Below are positions 1-12,000 of a stretch of DNA of 50,163 bases, one piece after another. The stretch comes from a virus (Duplodnaviria > Caudoviricetes). The notes under the pieces are model-generated. The model made no database searches, was not told where the DNA came from, and saw nothing but the letters and a program-made list of their open reading frames with translations. The position numbers and the translations under genes are program-made. The stretch spans positions 1-50,163 of IMG/VR virus record IMGVR_UViG_3300032335_001351. The stretch is one strand, 5' to 3'. Every line of letters starts with the position of its first letter. The first letter of the stretch is position 1.

Positions 1-3000
1 CTCACTGAAGAAAGTGGTACCAGCGCCGTCAAAATCTGTAGTGTCATTGTCAAACAACGAAATAAGATACTGATTACCACGACTGGCTCCCACCACCAAG
101 TTATTGGCAGTGTCGTCAATATTGAGTGCGCCGCCAAACTCAGCAAATTCAGTGGGTCGTGGACTTTGAATATTTTGTGTCCAAACAAATGTGTTGAATT
201 CAAGATCTTGCCACAATGTAGCAGTTGACCCTGGCAGTACTGTGAGTAAATTGTTCAATTCTGCGGCTTGACGATTCAACACACTGAGCGTGAGCACATT
301 GTTGATAACAGTAGCTGTGACATTGGGCACGGTGTTGTTGATCACCGCAGCCAATCCAGTCAAAGTGTTGTTGGGAGACAACGGCACAGACACCAATTGG
401 TCATTGATTCTAATGTCAGAACCAGCAGTGAGCGTGGTAGCGGATCTCTGTGCTGTGGTTATACCGTATACACGACTTTGGTTGACCCAACGTTCAACTT
501 GACCGCCTTTGTAAATCTGCGCACTGCTCTGTGGTTCGCCCACATACAAACTACAATTGTTGAGACAAATATCAACTGCTTGGCCAAAATTACAGAATTC
601 AGCCAGTTCATATTGTCCAACAGTTTGCAGAGTTGATATTTGATTGGTTTCTATTTCAATAATGTCACCAACATTGAAATCACGATCAATAGTGATGTTG
701 TTGCCTGCCACAGAGAAGGTATTGTTGGCACCAACCACAGCATTGTTTTCATTGATTAAAAATTGACCGTTGACTGTTACCGACACTGGTTCAGTCACTG
801 ATCCCTGCACAGTGTAAGTTGTAGTAGCAGCATTGCTCACAATGAATTTTTGCACCATGCGATCATAAACATAAACTATACCGGCCTGTGTTTGACTGCT
901 CACAGTGGCATAGGGAGCACCTATTAGGAACTGTCGACCATCTGTGGTAATGCTGACACTGGCACCAAATCTTGCATCGCTGTTGATCGAAACCGGTGGA
1001 GTCAGTGTTGCCACATACTCAAAATAGCCCTGAGCCGTGACTGTTATCACTGCACCACTGGCAGGCACAGTGACAAACGTCAATACTCCAGTACCACCGT
1101 TGAATGTATAATCAATGTTGGGACGTTGGATTACGTCATTTACCCGCACAGTAAATGCATAGATGTTGTCAGCGGTAAACAACAATGAGCCTATGTCAAA
1201 CGTCGAAGCCAGTGCTGGAGGAGTATATGCAATAGTAAAATCCAGCAGGGTGCCACCAGCACCCACACTGGTCACTGTGAGAGTGATGTTGTTGGCTGGC
1301 GAAGTGCCGCCACCAAAACTGGCAGCAGCAATGGTAATGGTGTTGCCTACGTTGTAGCCTGATCCCAGCGAAGTTGCGCCCACTGTGCCACGATCGGGAG
1401 AAAGTTGCCCAACTTCGCCGCGGACTCTGGTAATGGTAAATTCAGCACCGACCCCTGATCCCGAAGTGGCGGACTGTGTAACATCATAGTAGGTTTCACT
1501 GTCAAGCGGTGTAAGATTGCGTCGTTGGATACTGACCAAACTGCCAGCTGCTGGCGCTGTGGACAATGTCACCGTGTCAAAAGCACCATTGATGGTCCAC
1601 TGTGATCCTAGAGTTTGAACTTGTCCGTCCACAGACACTGTCAACTGTGTGGCTGCATCAATTTGTATTGCATCGCCAATGTCAAACTGTGTTTGAGTTC
1701 CTGATGCAATCACACGCACAAATTGGTCTTGCCAATCCACACGCCCATAGACATGTGCTTGATTGAGGCCCGGGGCGCCAACACACAGCCAACGTTCGTC
1801 CAAACTCATGGCCACGCTGGCACCAAACTCGCCTGTGCCTGCGCTGGCACTGGGTGTGGTGCCTGGTTGTGTCAACAGTTGCCACACAGTATAGGGGTTG
1901 ACACCGGGTAAACCCAGAGCTGGATCTCGATAGATCACTGCTGCATAACCAGTGTTGGCAACACTGGTGCTGCCGTTGCTGCCTGGTGCACCAGCAGCAG
2001 CCCAAGTTTGATTGCCAAAATCAACACTGGTACCAAATCCCCGTGTGCCAGTGACTTCTATAGTCAACAGTGCATCACCGTCGGGTAGTGGACTGATGGG
2101 AGTGTATTGATCACTGTAATTTTTTACATAGGTATACACTGCACCATTGGCCACACTTCCGCCACTGCTGAATGCTGGACTACCTACCAATGCTGCCAGT
2201 CTATTCTGTGCTTGTGTTACCGAAGTACCGTATTGTTCGCTGATGGTAAACTGCTCAGGCTGCAAGGTAGTGACGTCAGAAAATACTTCTTGCTTTTCCA
2301 ACACTGTCCAACGATCATTGCCGTTGTTGTCTACCCATACTTTGGCACCAGGATTTATGTTCAGTGTGTACGGCAAGTTGAGCACATCACTGGCCTGGGC
2401 CACACGCATGGTCTGCAACGTAAATCCAATGCCTGAACCATCGGCTTGTGTTTGTTGGCCACTAAAAGTATACGCAATATTCACAGTGTTGATGTTGGCC
2501 ACTGACAACACATCATATACACCGTTGATGTAGTCTGTGAAGAATCTAATGATCAGTTTGTCGCCAGCCACAAGGTCATGTGGCTGGCTGAATATCACTC
2601 GACTAGTGCCGTCAAGATTATCACAAACGTGCTGTATTTGCCCTGGCACCGATTGTGCTCGGAAGATCCCCCAGTCATAATCGTTGACCTTGGCGACCCA
2701 AATTGCTGTTCCCACAGCTATCTGATCGAAGTTGGCTGCCAAGCTGTCATTGTTGTCAAGGCTGAACACTGTGATGTCGGCGTCTTCAAGATTCACATAA
2801 CCAGCTGTGGGCAATCCAATGTCAGTGGGCAGCGTTGTGGTTGTGGGAAGAATATCAGGCGAGGTTATGGGATAGCTCTTGCGCCAGATTTCAGTCAACA
2901 AAACAGTTTGGTCGGCCTGACTGGGTTCTTGTGGATCAACCACTTGTACTGTACTGGGATTGGCGTCCAAGAGAGCACGATTCAATCTCATCTCAAAGAA

Positions 3001-6000
3001 GCTGCGATTGGCGTTGGCGCCATAGGTGGCACGCTGGACTGCCCAGTTGTCGTAGATGTCATAGTCAGCGGCTTCTTTGCCAAGGTTGGCTTGGCTAAAC
3101 AACTCGGCTGCCAACACTGTGCCTTTGCTGCCCAAGAATTGACGATACACGTTGACTTGACTGACGTCATTGAGGTTGAGCGCTGCTAGATACTGTCGTG
3201 GGCGGAAGCCAATTAGTCCATAGCTCAAGAGATCGTTGTCAACTTCAATATTGGCTGTGTTGATGTTGTAGCTATTGATCAACTGATTGGCCTTGTTGGC
3301 CAAGTTGGGCAGCAAGCCTAGTTCAATTTGACTGTAATCACTCTGTGTCCAGTCGTTGAAATTGAATGTGGTGCTGGGCTGTACAATCTTGAGTGCTGAC
3401 CAGAACACGTTCTTGTAGCGAACAATTTCACCTTTGCTGTAAGTGCGCAGACCAGTCCACTCTTCAACGTTGTCTTGATTGAGAATAAATCCTGGTGCGT
3501 TGACACTGCCATCCCAGTCGGTGCTGGTGACAGCCACAAGATTTAGTCGGCTTTGGCGAACTCCAGTCACGGGTTGATAAATCAAGTCACCAAACACACT
3601 TTGATTGTCAAGCACAATCATGTGTTCGTAAGTGGTGAATTTGAGATCAACATAGTTCAAGGTCTGGCCGCTGAGTGGTTGTGCTTGGAATTCGTAACCG
3701 TTGCGCACAATGTTGAGGTTGCGTGTGTTGAGTTCACGACGGTTTTGATCCAGCACAAGGTTTTCTATGGTCTGTGCTTGAATGCTGTCAACTTGTCCTT
3801 GAGTGCTGATCAATTTCAACCCATCAGATGTGGGGTTGAGGTTGATTAGCGCATTGTCATCCCAGCCTTGAATACTCCAATACAAAAACTCTGTGGCCAT
3901 ACGGTTCCAGTCCATGACGTAACCATTGGCTATGTTTTCAAACTTCATGCCTTGGCGGGTCAAAAGTTGTCCGTAGCTCAACAAGAAATCGCACACTGCT
4001 GCACGATCTGAGAAGATAAAACCATAGGGCACTTGTACCACTGTGTTGGTATAGACTGTGGGCACTTGAACTGACGCACCAGGTATGGCAATGGTTTGTA
4101 GCACGCCAGTGGTGCGGCTTTGCAAGATACTGAAATAAGGTTTGATGGTGCTGTAGCCATACACAGCATAGCCACCTGGAACTTGTTGCACCACTACACT
4201 GCTGTAGTTTACACTGCCGTAGGGTTGATTTTTGTACAGCAACAGTGCATAGCTTTCGTCGGGAATCAGCAGTGCACTGTTGGTAGAATTTGGACTGGAT
4301 TTTTCAGTGTAGATCTTGATGTATTGCTTGTCAGAAAACGACGCCATGCGGTAGACAAGACGCACGTCAAGATTCTGCAATGCCACGGTGAGATCTTCAG
4401 TGCTGTCTAGACCACTCTGGCGATTAAAATCTACAATCCAGTCAATGTAACTGGCTTTGCTGACTCCGTTGCCATAAACTTCAACTCCGTTGGCATCCAA
4501 ACGGTAGCGATTATTGTAGAGATATTGCTGGTATTCTAAGTTATAGCGATAGAGATCACGGTCAGCAAACAATGCGTAAAATTTGGCCGGGCGTGTCAAC
4601 GCCAGCAGTCGCATCACAGCAAATGGGTAGCTTGAGCTGTTCCACCAAGCAGCTTCAGTGGGACTGCCATCACCAAGGCTCCAACTCTTGCGGAAAGTAG
4701 TGGAGTCAAAATTGCCCATGACCGAGAGATACGGGCTCAGCAGCGCACCTTCGCTGCCAGTGGGAATAACTTTGGTTAGGCCAGGTCGGGCAAATTGTGG
4801 TAGGAAATATGCACCAGCAGGATCGTCAACTTTGCCTAGCTCTAGGTCATCCCACAACACAAGGTTGTCAGCAGTGTATGGTGCTGTGCCATAGCGTGTT
4901 TCCCACCAAGTGGGCTTTTCACTGAATCCCAGCATCTCCCAAGGTGTGATTTGGGGCTGTTCAGTGTCGTAGAAAAAGCGATTGATGCCACGCCAGGCGC
5001 CCAGCAACGGGCCATTGTCTAACTTGTTGCGACTGCTGCTGTAGTTAAATGTAAACTCGTTGTTGGCGTTGTACACTTGGTCACGGTACTGTAACTTGTT
5101 CCAGTTAACCCAGCTGAGAAAGTCCACGCTGAGAATGTTGGTGACTTCTTGATAGTCGTAGCCCGTGTCACGGAACTGACCAGGCATGACATCATATACT
5201 GTGAGTGGTACTGGGTTGCCATCTAGTTTGAGGTTGTTGTAGATACGGCGCTCAAATTCCAACAGCACCTCGTCTCGAATGTCACCAAACGCCTTGGTAA
5301 AGCTGCCGTCATGTCCTATAATGCCCAGTTCAGTGCCATTAGTGGTTTTGCGTTCAACTATTTCAGGCAGCCATGCCGGATACAGACCCAATTTGGTAGG
5401 AGTGTTGGGCACAAAGCTACCATAAGTGGCTGCATATTCTTGCAGTGTGAGCACATCGCCTAGAGACAAATTCACCAAAACAGTGATGCGTGGGCCGTCA
5501 GTTGCCACCACATAGTCACGTCCACGAATCAGCAACACATTGTTGAGATACACATTCATGCCAAGATAGTTGGCTGACTCATAGTCATACACTTGCACTG
5601 TGTCAAAAGTGTCTGTGGTAATAAAACTCACAGTGTAAGTGGTATTGGAGTACACAGCACCAGCCGGAATCATGTCACTCCAGTAGAAAGGCTGACTGTC
5701 TATTTTGCCTTCCACTAGGTTCTGGATGGCTGTGTCTAGAATCTGCGACGGAGTTTCAAAATAAATGGTTTGCTGGGTAACTGAGTCCAGCACTTGTGCT
5801 TTGAACTTTTCATACTCACGACTGTTGAAACTCAAAGCACCAAAAATGTTGTACTGCTCGCTGCGCATGAAATAGCCAGCCAGGGTCAGTGGGGAGCTTT
5901 GCTGCAAGATCAACTGTCCGTAGGGCACAATATTGCCTAGATCTCGAGAGTTGTTGGGGCCGTTGATTTTTCCACTCAACCCATTTAAGTTTTGGCAAAT

Positions 6001-9000
6001 AGTTTCGTAGTGCTGACGTACTGTGCCCAACGTAAAGTTGGGACTGTTGCCATTGAGTGGGTTACTTTGCAAATTAACTGGTACTTGATAGAATGCCACA
6101 TTGCTGGTTTGATCACTCAGCACAGCCACTTCAATCACAGTGCCAGGAACATAGTCTTGACTCAAGGTAATGGTTGTGGTGTTGTCACCGCGCTCAATAC
6201 TGTATTGAGTAGGATCAACAAACTGAGTACCCACAAATAGTCTTACCGGGGGCACCACAGTGCCTTCGCTTACTCTCACATCTAGTTTGAGAATACGAGA
6301 TGAGAATTCAAATTTAAATTGTTGGCGTTCCAGTGTGGGGGTGGCCGCAGTCTGCCAACCCAACTGTCGTCGATACACTGTGCGTGTGCTGTATTCACGA
6401 ACTGATCCTGAACTGATGTCCTTGGTCACGCTGACGTTGTTGTCAACATAGAGAAATGTGTCAACATAGAGATTGTTGTCAAACACAATGTCGCCAACGT
6501 TGTCAATGTTGAGATACTCTAGGGGAATTTGCAAAATTGGATCTAGAATTCCTGTTTCTGCTTGAGCATAAGAAAACAACTTGCTGCCAGCAAATGTTGT
6601 GCTTTGATACACTGATTCGTCGCCAAAACTTACACCGTTGGGATCATACACATTGTACAGCGGAGCTTGTTGAACATTGGTTTTTTGCTGTGCCTGTTCC
6701 CACTCGCCGTTGTTGAACCAAAATGTCACACCTTTGAGAGTATCGCCATCAAGGCACACTGTACTTTGATCCGGCAATACTTCGCCATCAGATGCCAGCG
6801 TTAAATTGATAATGGGCTGTGCAATGAGTGGGGGTACAGTGTCAGGTGTGACAAAATTCACTGTCCAAATTTTGTTGCGCACGCTGGCATCTTCGTCAGC
6901 GGCAAAAATCACTCGCGATCCATCAACAAAGGTGTAGCCGTCCACAGCATAGCTGGTGCTGCCTTCAATGTTGCTGAAGGCGTCAGTTTCTTCAAAGTCA
7001 ATGATGTCAACTGGTTGCTTGCCTTGGGTGCCCATGTTCCATAGGCGCAGACCTGGGCGGAATTCAATGATGGGACGCTTGGCTCGTTTGAGATTGTCGT
7101 AAACCACAGGTACATTGTTGTAGCTGGCTGTGGCTTGAATCACATCAATGTGAAACCAACGATTGCTGCGAGCCCAGGCATTGAGGTCTGGGCTGGCGCG
7201 GTCAACTGTGAGGTAATCTAATTCTTCAGGTACAGGCAGACTGCTGTCATTTTGTTCTTGAACGTATGTTTCAGGCGTGACAAAATTTGTGACTGGCAAC
7301 AATTCAATCGCAGTGCCTACTCCGCTCACGTAGTATTGCTTGTCTTTGTATGATGCTGGCTCAATATCGCCACGAAACACTACCTTGAGTCCGTTGGTAA
7401 ATGTTACTCCATTGGTAGAGGTATAGTTTTTCTTGCCAATGACTTCTTCAATAAACAGTGTAGTTTCTTGGGTTTGTTCAATCAGTCTGATGCGGCCAAA
7501 AATTTCTGGGTCAATGGCATCTTGATACCACAAAGTATCAAGAATAGCTGTGAGTGGAGGAATCTGTTCAAAGCGTCCTTCAGCTGTTTTGTACCATTGA
7601 GTGTTGCTGTACTGATCTCCGTAGGCAATAGAAAACTTGTTCAAAGCCGGGATATCAGCTACTTTGTTCAGCACTATGTACTCTACGCCAGCAAAGTTTT
7701 GATATTGGATTTGATAAACTTGATAGCGATCTCCCACAGGAATATCTGTGACTTGACTGAATGGCAAACTATCAAAACTGCCAGGCAAGCCGTTGTTGGC
7801 TAAACTCTGTACCAAAGGATCAAACAGTGTGGTCACTTGCCAGCCGCCAGTTTCGGCGTCAACGTTAGGATCCGTGAACACAATGGTTCGACCGTTGAGA
7901 TTGGTGGTTCCGTCAATGCCATTGTATTCTAGCAAGAACTGCGCCACAGGCTGGTTGTTGACTTGATCAAACTTCAGTGTAGACAAAATATCCACAGAAC
8001 CAAAATTGTTCAAGGTATAGTAAAAATTCTGTGCAGTCTTGGATGGCACATTGAACGTGACTGTGCCTAGATCCTCACCGTTGTTGATCACACCAAACAC
8101 ATCTCGACTGCTGATGTTGGGGGTTGAAGGTATGACTCCTGACACGCCTGGATTGGTCTGAATCCAAAAACCTGGACCTGTGCCCGGTGTACCATCAACA
8201 ATCTCAATCACGCCCTGTTGCCCGCTCTGTGTTTCACTCACATAGTACAGAGTGTCTGGCGCATCTTGTGGCACCACAAAGGTAATCTGGCCAGTGTTGC
8301 TACCGTTGCGAGTAACACCGTTGTTGTAGGCATTGCCACGACCAGTCACAGGCTGAGTCTTGATCCAAAATGGATAAATGCCAGTGAGATTGAGGTTAAA
8401 AATGTAGGTATTGCCACGTTGCAAAGTCAACGTGGGATTGATTACGCCGTCAATGGTGTAGTTAAATGTGCCATTGTTGCGTACTCGATAGTTCACAGTG
8501 GTCTTGGTATTCTGTGCCACCTGGAATGTGTAGTTGCCGCCTCGCAAGAGATCAATAGTGGGATTCTCGCCTGGCACACCCGAGAATGTGTAAACTCCGT
8601 TTTCGCGTGTGACTTCAAAGTTGGCCTGGGACGGTATTGTGGTGGCCATGACTTCCACAACATCAGGGCCGTTGGGCATCCAGAAGTATTGATTGAAGTT
8701 TACAAAGGTGTCGTAATTGACAAACGGATCCCAACTGTAGAACTCGCTGACATACAGTCGGTCTGGTCTGTTGCCTTCACCGCCTTGATAACTCACAGCA
8801 TCGTTCATGCCTGGATAGGTCATGACGTCTCTCACTGTGTCAGTGTCGGGCTTGATAATGGCCACAGCGGGTTCAAGCTGATAATCAGCGCGAGTCTTGT
8901 CAATCTCTACCACATAACGATCATTGGGGTTGACGCCAGGACCTACTTGGCGGCCAATGTAGCCTTGAGTCTGCTTGAATCTTGGCTCTTGTACCAGCTG

Positions 9001-9084
9001 ATCTAGCGTGGCTGCCAAAAATTGACGGTTAGCATCGGTTTGAAAGATCTCGGGTAAAAAATCAACGGAACGTACTTGAGCCAT
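1..9084 (-). CDS. Giant virion structural protein (>3,028 aa, 3' end truncated by the window), probable baseplate wedge/attachment protein with FG-GAP-like beta-propeller repeats
   Basis: ATG at 9084, 2 nt after the stop of the gp6-like gene, reads MAQVRSVDFLPEIFQTDANRQFLAATLDQLVQEP. Spot-checked segments in this frame are open down to base 1 (...SLFDNDTTDFDGAGTTFFSE). Its absence from the ORF track fits a frame with no stop. Repeats such as GFGTSVDFGNQTWAAAGAPG and RFGASVSITTDGRQFLIGAP occur in 60-2260. Confidence 0.9.
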   Translation of the reverse strand, partial: MAQVRSVDFLPEIFQTDANRQFLAATLDQLVQEPRFKQTQGYIGRQVGPGVNPNDRYVVEIDKTRADYQLEPAVAIIKPDTDTVRDVMTYPGMNDAVSYQGGEGNRPDRLYVSEFYSWDPFVNYDTFVNFNQYFWMPNGPDVVEVMATTIPSQANFEVTRENGVYTFSGVPGENPTIDLLRGGNYTFQVAQNTKTTVNYRVRNNGTFNYTIDGVINPTLTLQRGNTYIFNLNLTGIYPFWIKTQPVTGRGNAYNNGVTRNGSNTGQITFVVPQDAPDTLYYVSETQSGQQGVIEIVDGTPGTGPGFWIQTNPGVSGVIPSTPNISSRDVFGVINNGEDLGTVTFNVPSKTAQNFYYTLNNFGSVDILSTLKFDQVNNQPVAQFLLEYNGIDGTTNLNGRTIVFTDPNVDAETGGWQVTTLFDPLVQSLANNGLPGSFDSLPFSQVTDIPVGDRYQVYQIQYQNFAGVEYIVLNKVADIPALNKFSIAYGDQYSNTQWYKTAEGRFEQIPPLTAILDTLWYQDAIDPEIFGRIRLIEQTQETTLFIEEVIGKKNYTSTNGVTFTNGLKVVFRGDIEPASYKDKQYYVSGVGTAIELLPVTNFVTPETYVQEQNDSSLPVPEELDYLTVDRASPDLNAWARSNRWFHIDVIQATASYNNVPVVYDNLKRAKRPIIEFRPGLRLWNMGTQGKQPVDIIDFEETDAFSNIEGSTSYAVDGYTFVDGSRVIFAADEDASVRNKIWTVNFVTPDTVPPLIAQPIINLTLASDGEVLPDQSTVCLDGDTLKGVTFWFNNGEWEQAQQKTNVQQAPLYNVYDPNGVSFGDESVYQSTTFAGSKLFSYAQAETGILDPILQIPLEYLNIDNVGDIVFDNNLYVDTFLYVDNNVSVTKDISSGSVREYSTRTVYRRQLGWQTAATPTLERQQFKFEFSSRILKLDVRVSEGTVVPPVRLFVGTQFVDPTQYSIERGDNTTTITLSQDYVPGTVIEVAVLSDQTSNVAFYQVPVNLQSNPLNGNSPNFTLGTVRQHYETICQNLNGLSGKINGPNNSRDLGNIVPYGQLILQQSSPLTLAGYFMRSEQYNIFGALSFNSREYEKFKAQVLDSVTQQTIYFETPSQILDTAIQNLVEGKIDSQPFYWSDMIPAGAVYSNTTYTVSFITTDTFDTVQVYDYESANYLGMNVYLNNVLLIRGRDYVVATDGPRITVLVNLSLGDVLTLQEYAATYGSFVPNTPTKLGLYPAWLPEIVERKTTNGTELGIIGHDGSFTKAFGDIRDEVLLEFERRIYNNLKLDGNPVPLTVYDVMPGQFRDTGYDYQEVTNILSVDFLSWVNWNKLQYRDQVYNANNEFTFNYSSSRNKLDNGPLLGAWRGINRFFYDTEQPQITPWEMLGFSEKPTWWETRYGTAPYTADNLVLWDDLELGKVDDPAGAYFLPQFARPGLTKVIPTGSEGALLSPYLSVMGNFDSTTFRKSWSLGDGSPTEAAWWNSSSYPFAVMRLLALTRPAKFYALFADRDLYRYNLEYQQYLYNNRYRLDANGVEVYGNGVSKASYIDWIVDFNRQSGLDSTEDLTVALQNLDVRLVYRMASFSDKQYIKIYTEKSSPNSTNSALLIPDESYALLLYKNQPYGSVNYSSVVVQQVPGGYAVYGYSTIKPYFSILQSRTTGVLQTIAIPGASVQVPTVYTNTVVQVPYGFIFSDRAAVCDFLLSYGQLLTRQGMKFENIANGYVMDWNRMATEFLYWSIQGWDDNALINLNPTSDGLKLISTQGQVDSIQAQTIENLVLDQNRRELNTRNLNIVRNGYEFQAQPLSGQTLNYVDLKFTTYEHMIVLDNQSVFGDLIYQPVTGVRQSRLNLVAVTSTDWDGSVNAPGFILNQDNVEEWTGLRTYSKGEIVRYKNVFWSALKIVQPSTTFNFNDWTQSDYSQIELGLLPNLANKANQLINSYNINTANIEVDNDLLSYGLIGFRPRQYLAALNLNDVSQVNVYRQFLGSKGTVLAAELFSQANLGKEAADYDIYDNWAVQRATYGANANRSFFEMRLNRALLDANPSTVQVVDPQEPSQADQTVLLTEIWRKSYPITSPDILPTTTTLPTDIGLPTAGYVNLEDADITVFSLDNNDSLAANFDQIAVGTAIWVAKVNDYDWGIFRAQSVPGQIQHVCDNLDGTSRVIFSQPHDLVAGDKLIIRFFTDYINGVYDVLSVANINTVNIAYTFSGQQTQADGSGIGFTLQTMRVAQASDVLNLPYTLNINPGAKVWVDNNGNDRWTVLEKQEVFSDVTTLQPEQFTISEQYGTSVTQAQNRLAALVGSPAFSSGGSVANGAVYTYVKNYSDQYTPISPLPDGDALLTIEVTGTRGFGTSVDFGNQTWAAAGAPGSNGSTSVANTGYAAVIYRDPALGLPGVNPYTVWQLLTQPGTTPSASAGTGEFGASVAMSLDERWLCVGAPGLNQAHVYGRVDWQDQFVRVIASGTQTQFDIGDAIQIDAATQLTVSVDGQVQTLGSQWTINGAFDTVTLSTAPAAGSLVSIQRRNLTPLDSETYYDVTQSATSGSGVGAEFTITRVRGEVGQLSPDRGTVGATSLGSGYNVGNTITIAAASFGGGTSPANNITLTVTSVGAGGTLLDFTIAYTPPALASTFDIGSLLFTADNIYAFTVRVNDVIQRPNIDYTFNGGTGVLTFVTVPASGAVITVTAQGYFEYVATLTPPVSINSDARFGASVSITTDGRQFLIGAPYATVSSQTQAGIVYVYDRMVQKFIVSNAATTTYTVQGSVTEPVSVTVNGQFLINENNAVVGANNTFSVAGNNITIDRDFNVGDIIEIETNQISTLQTVGQYELAEFCNFGQAVDICLNNCSLYVGEPQSSAQIYKGGQVERWVNQSRVYGITTAQRSATTLTAGSDIRINDQLVSVPLSPNNTLTGLAAVINNTVPNVTATVINNVLTLSVLNRQAAELNNLLTVLPGSTATLWQDLEFNTFVWTQNIQSPRPTEFAEFGGALNIDDTANNLVVGASRGNQYLISLFDNDTTDFDGAGTTFFSE

Positions 9085-9086
9085 GT

Positions 9087-12000
9087 TTAGATTACTCCAC
9101 TACCAGGGGCAGTGCGAAGATTGGTGCTAGTCAATGCTTCAATCACTTCAATGTTGTCAATAGTGGCAGCATTGGCAAAAATTTCACTGGGTTCTGAGCG
9201 TATCTCGTAGAGGTCGCCAAAACTCTTTTGCGGATCTAGAGGTACCAACACTACGGAACTGATAATGGTACCTAGAGTGCGGTGCAGATATGCTGCTAGT
9301 TCGCTGAAGTAGAATGTGTCGCCAAAGTTCCACTTGTCAATAGAAAAATAATCATTCATGGCTGCAATTACCGAGCTCTTAATTTCACTGGTGCTGGCTG
9401 TGGATCCTTGCGCACGAATCACTTTGATTGTGGCACGAAGTTCTGTGGCGGCCTTGGCACCAAACAGTGGCTTAAAAAATACTGAGTTCAATACAATATT
9501 GTCAGAAATCATTTTGTAATTTTGCAAACCTTGATAGGCTGTGTTGAGTTCATCAATGGTGGGCATGGCAGGTTCTGGCACTGTGCCTGTGGTATCTCTA
9601 ATCCAATTTTGATAAGCAGTGTAATATTCCTGTGTGACCACATAGAGATCAATGATGTTGGTGGTGCCTGGGTCAATTCTATTGGTAAGTGGCGCATTGT
9701 GACGATATTGGTAGTACAGCGCCTGACGTCCAGTACGGGCAATCCACTCAGTGGTCAGAACCAAGGTGCGAACTCCAGTTGCATCAATCAAAAGCTCGTA
9801 GAATGCGCCAGGGTTATTGACCTGACTGGGGTTTTGATTGTAGGCATAAAAGATCTGTCCAGGAGTATACTCAGTTTTGACCACTTCAATAGCATTTAAA
9901 GTAGCATACTCGCTGTTGACACGATCAGGTTCAACCAAGAGATATCGCTGCAAATTGTCAAAGTCCACAGTGCGTTGCAAGAAAATCAGCTTTTCGTTAG
10001 GGTTGGTATCTGGGTCCACGATCTCGTTAAAGAAGTCAGGGTTGTCTGGTATACCATCATTGTCGCTGTCTCGATAGCTCACCAATACTTGGAAATCATC
10101 TACATAACCGTCGCTTTCCACAGGCTGACCAATGATAGTGGTGTAGATGTCTGTGCCCAAGCTGGCAGCACTGTCAGGTTGTGAATTCATGGCCAACACA
10201 TTCACAAAGTCTTTGATCACTGTACCTGTGCGGCTATCGTACACTTGCTGATCATCATAGAAGAAGAATCGTGTCTGCAACACTGAACCAAAATAGTAGG
10301 CCAATCCACGGAAGGTCACAGTGTAGTTTTGATTCTGTACCACAAATTGTGCCATCCAGCTGGCATCAAGATTGGCGCCTGATGTATTGCCAGCGTACTG
10401 CTGACTCCAGGTGGCGTTGGCTGCAAGATTTTGCTGTGTAATGATGTACCAAGTATAGGGTGTACCAGTCACGCTGCCATCGTTGTCGTAGCCCAGTCCA
10501 AAGTTGCGGAACAGCACAATTTGTTCAGCAATTTGTTGTTCAATGCTCAATGGCAAATCTGTCACAAACAACGGAATAACAGTGTCAACAATGGCACCAG
10601 TGGGCACAAAATTGTTGATTGTGACTGGACCTTGACCGTTGGCTAGATTACCCAATCCGTTGTTGTAACCGGTATCAATCACTCGCAATGGCGATGCCCA
10701 AATTTCCAGTTTTTCATTGGCTCGTGTGGGCGTACCTTGTTGCAAACGATTGTTGCTGTCAAAATAATAGCCAGTGGGAGCCACAAACTTGATCAAGCTG
10801 TTGACCACAGCATAGTAGAAAGGATTTGTGGTGCTGAGTGTGGGGCCAATAGGAATGGGTGTTCCAGCAGCATTGCGGAAATAGCCCGTGGTTTCATTGG
10901 CCAGCGTGGTGCTTTGGTACCAGGTACTACCAGCTGTGATACCAGTGTTCACTGATTTGCGCGGAAAGTTTTCATAGTAAAACTGCAACATAGTGGGCAA
11001 CAACAATTGAGGTTGTACTTGATTGGTGATGAAGTCAGCAATCTCGTTGCGGTTGGTCCATGAGAACAACAGTGTGGGCAACACGTTGTTGCGCCAGATA
11101 GCACCATCGCTGCCAAAAGTGTTGGTTGAACTGTATTTGCCAGTATTGTCCACTAGATCAAGATAACGACTGGTGCCAATTGACGCACGGTTCAAGGCCT
11201 TGCTCTTGAGTATGGAATTGTAAGTGGTGTATGGGAAAAGGTTGTAGTCTTCGCCGTTGACCATGCGATTCTGTGTGTAGTAGCGAGCCGGAGCACGCTG
11301 TTTGATTTGAGCAATGGGTTCGCGAGCCTGACTGTTGCTCACAGGCTGCGTAATGCCACACACAAAAGTAATGGTTTCTAGGTTGCCTGAGCGACTGATG
11401 TAGCTGATGGGCAGAGTCACAGCCTGCATTTCTTCAGGGTTAATGATGTACTGCAAACCGTTGGAGGCACGAACATAGGCACGATAAGTGCCCACAGGAA
11501 TTTCACTAAACACACCGTCACCAAACACCATGGTGATTTGATCATTGGCTCGACTGGTCACAGTATAGATAGGGCGCAGAGTGGTGCCCAATTGTTCAGC
11601 TGCTGCTGAGTAAATGTTTTCTTGGTACAACCACTCACGTGCAACATTGCCCACGTTGTCTAGCTGAAACAACCAACGATCTTCGTTGTTGATCCCTTCA
11701 ATGTTGATATCCACAGTGCGGTTGGCAATGCGTTCAGCCAAGTTGAAATCTTGATTCTGCAATACACCTTGTTTGAACATAAAAAAGTAGCCAGTGTTGG
11801 CACTTTGGAAGCCCAACTGATCATTGCGGTACAGAATGTTGAAGGGTTGGTTGGGTTGTGGGGCTGGCTCGTACAAATAATCACGTCCCACTGCGGTTGA
11901 AGTCATGGCCTCAAACGGCATTGAGATTCCGTCCACTGTGGCGTTGTAGGGAATCACTGGCAGATAACCTGGCACAAGATTGACAGCATACTCATCAGTG

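Noticed and set aside
268-9006. Many 60-260 aa ORFs listed in 1-9 kb
   Set aside because: They are shadow or alternative-frame ORFs of the giant minus-strand gene and have no motifs or start signals.
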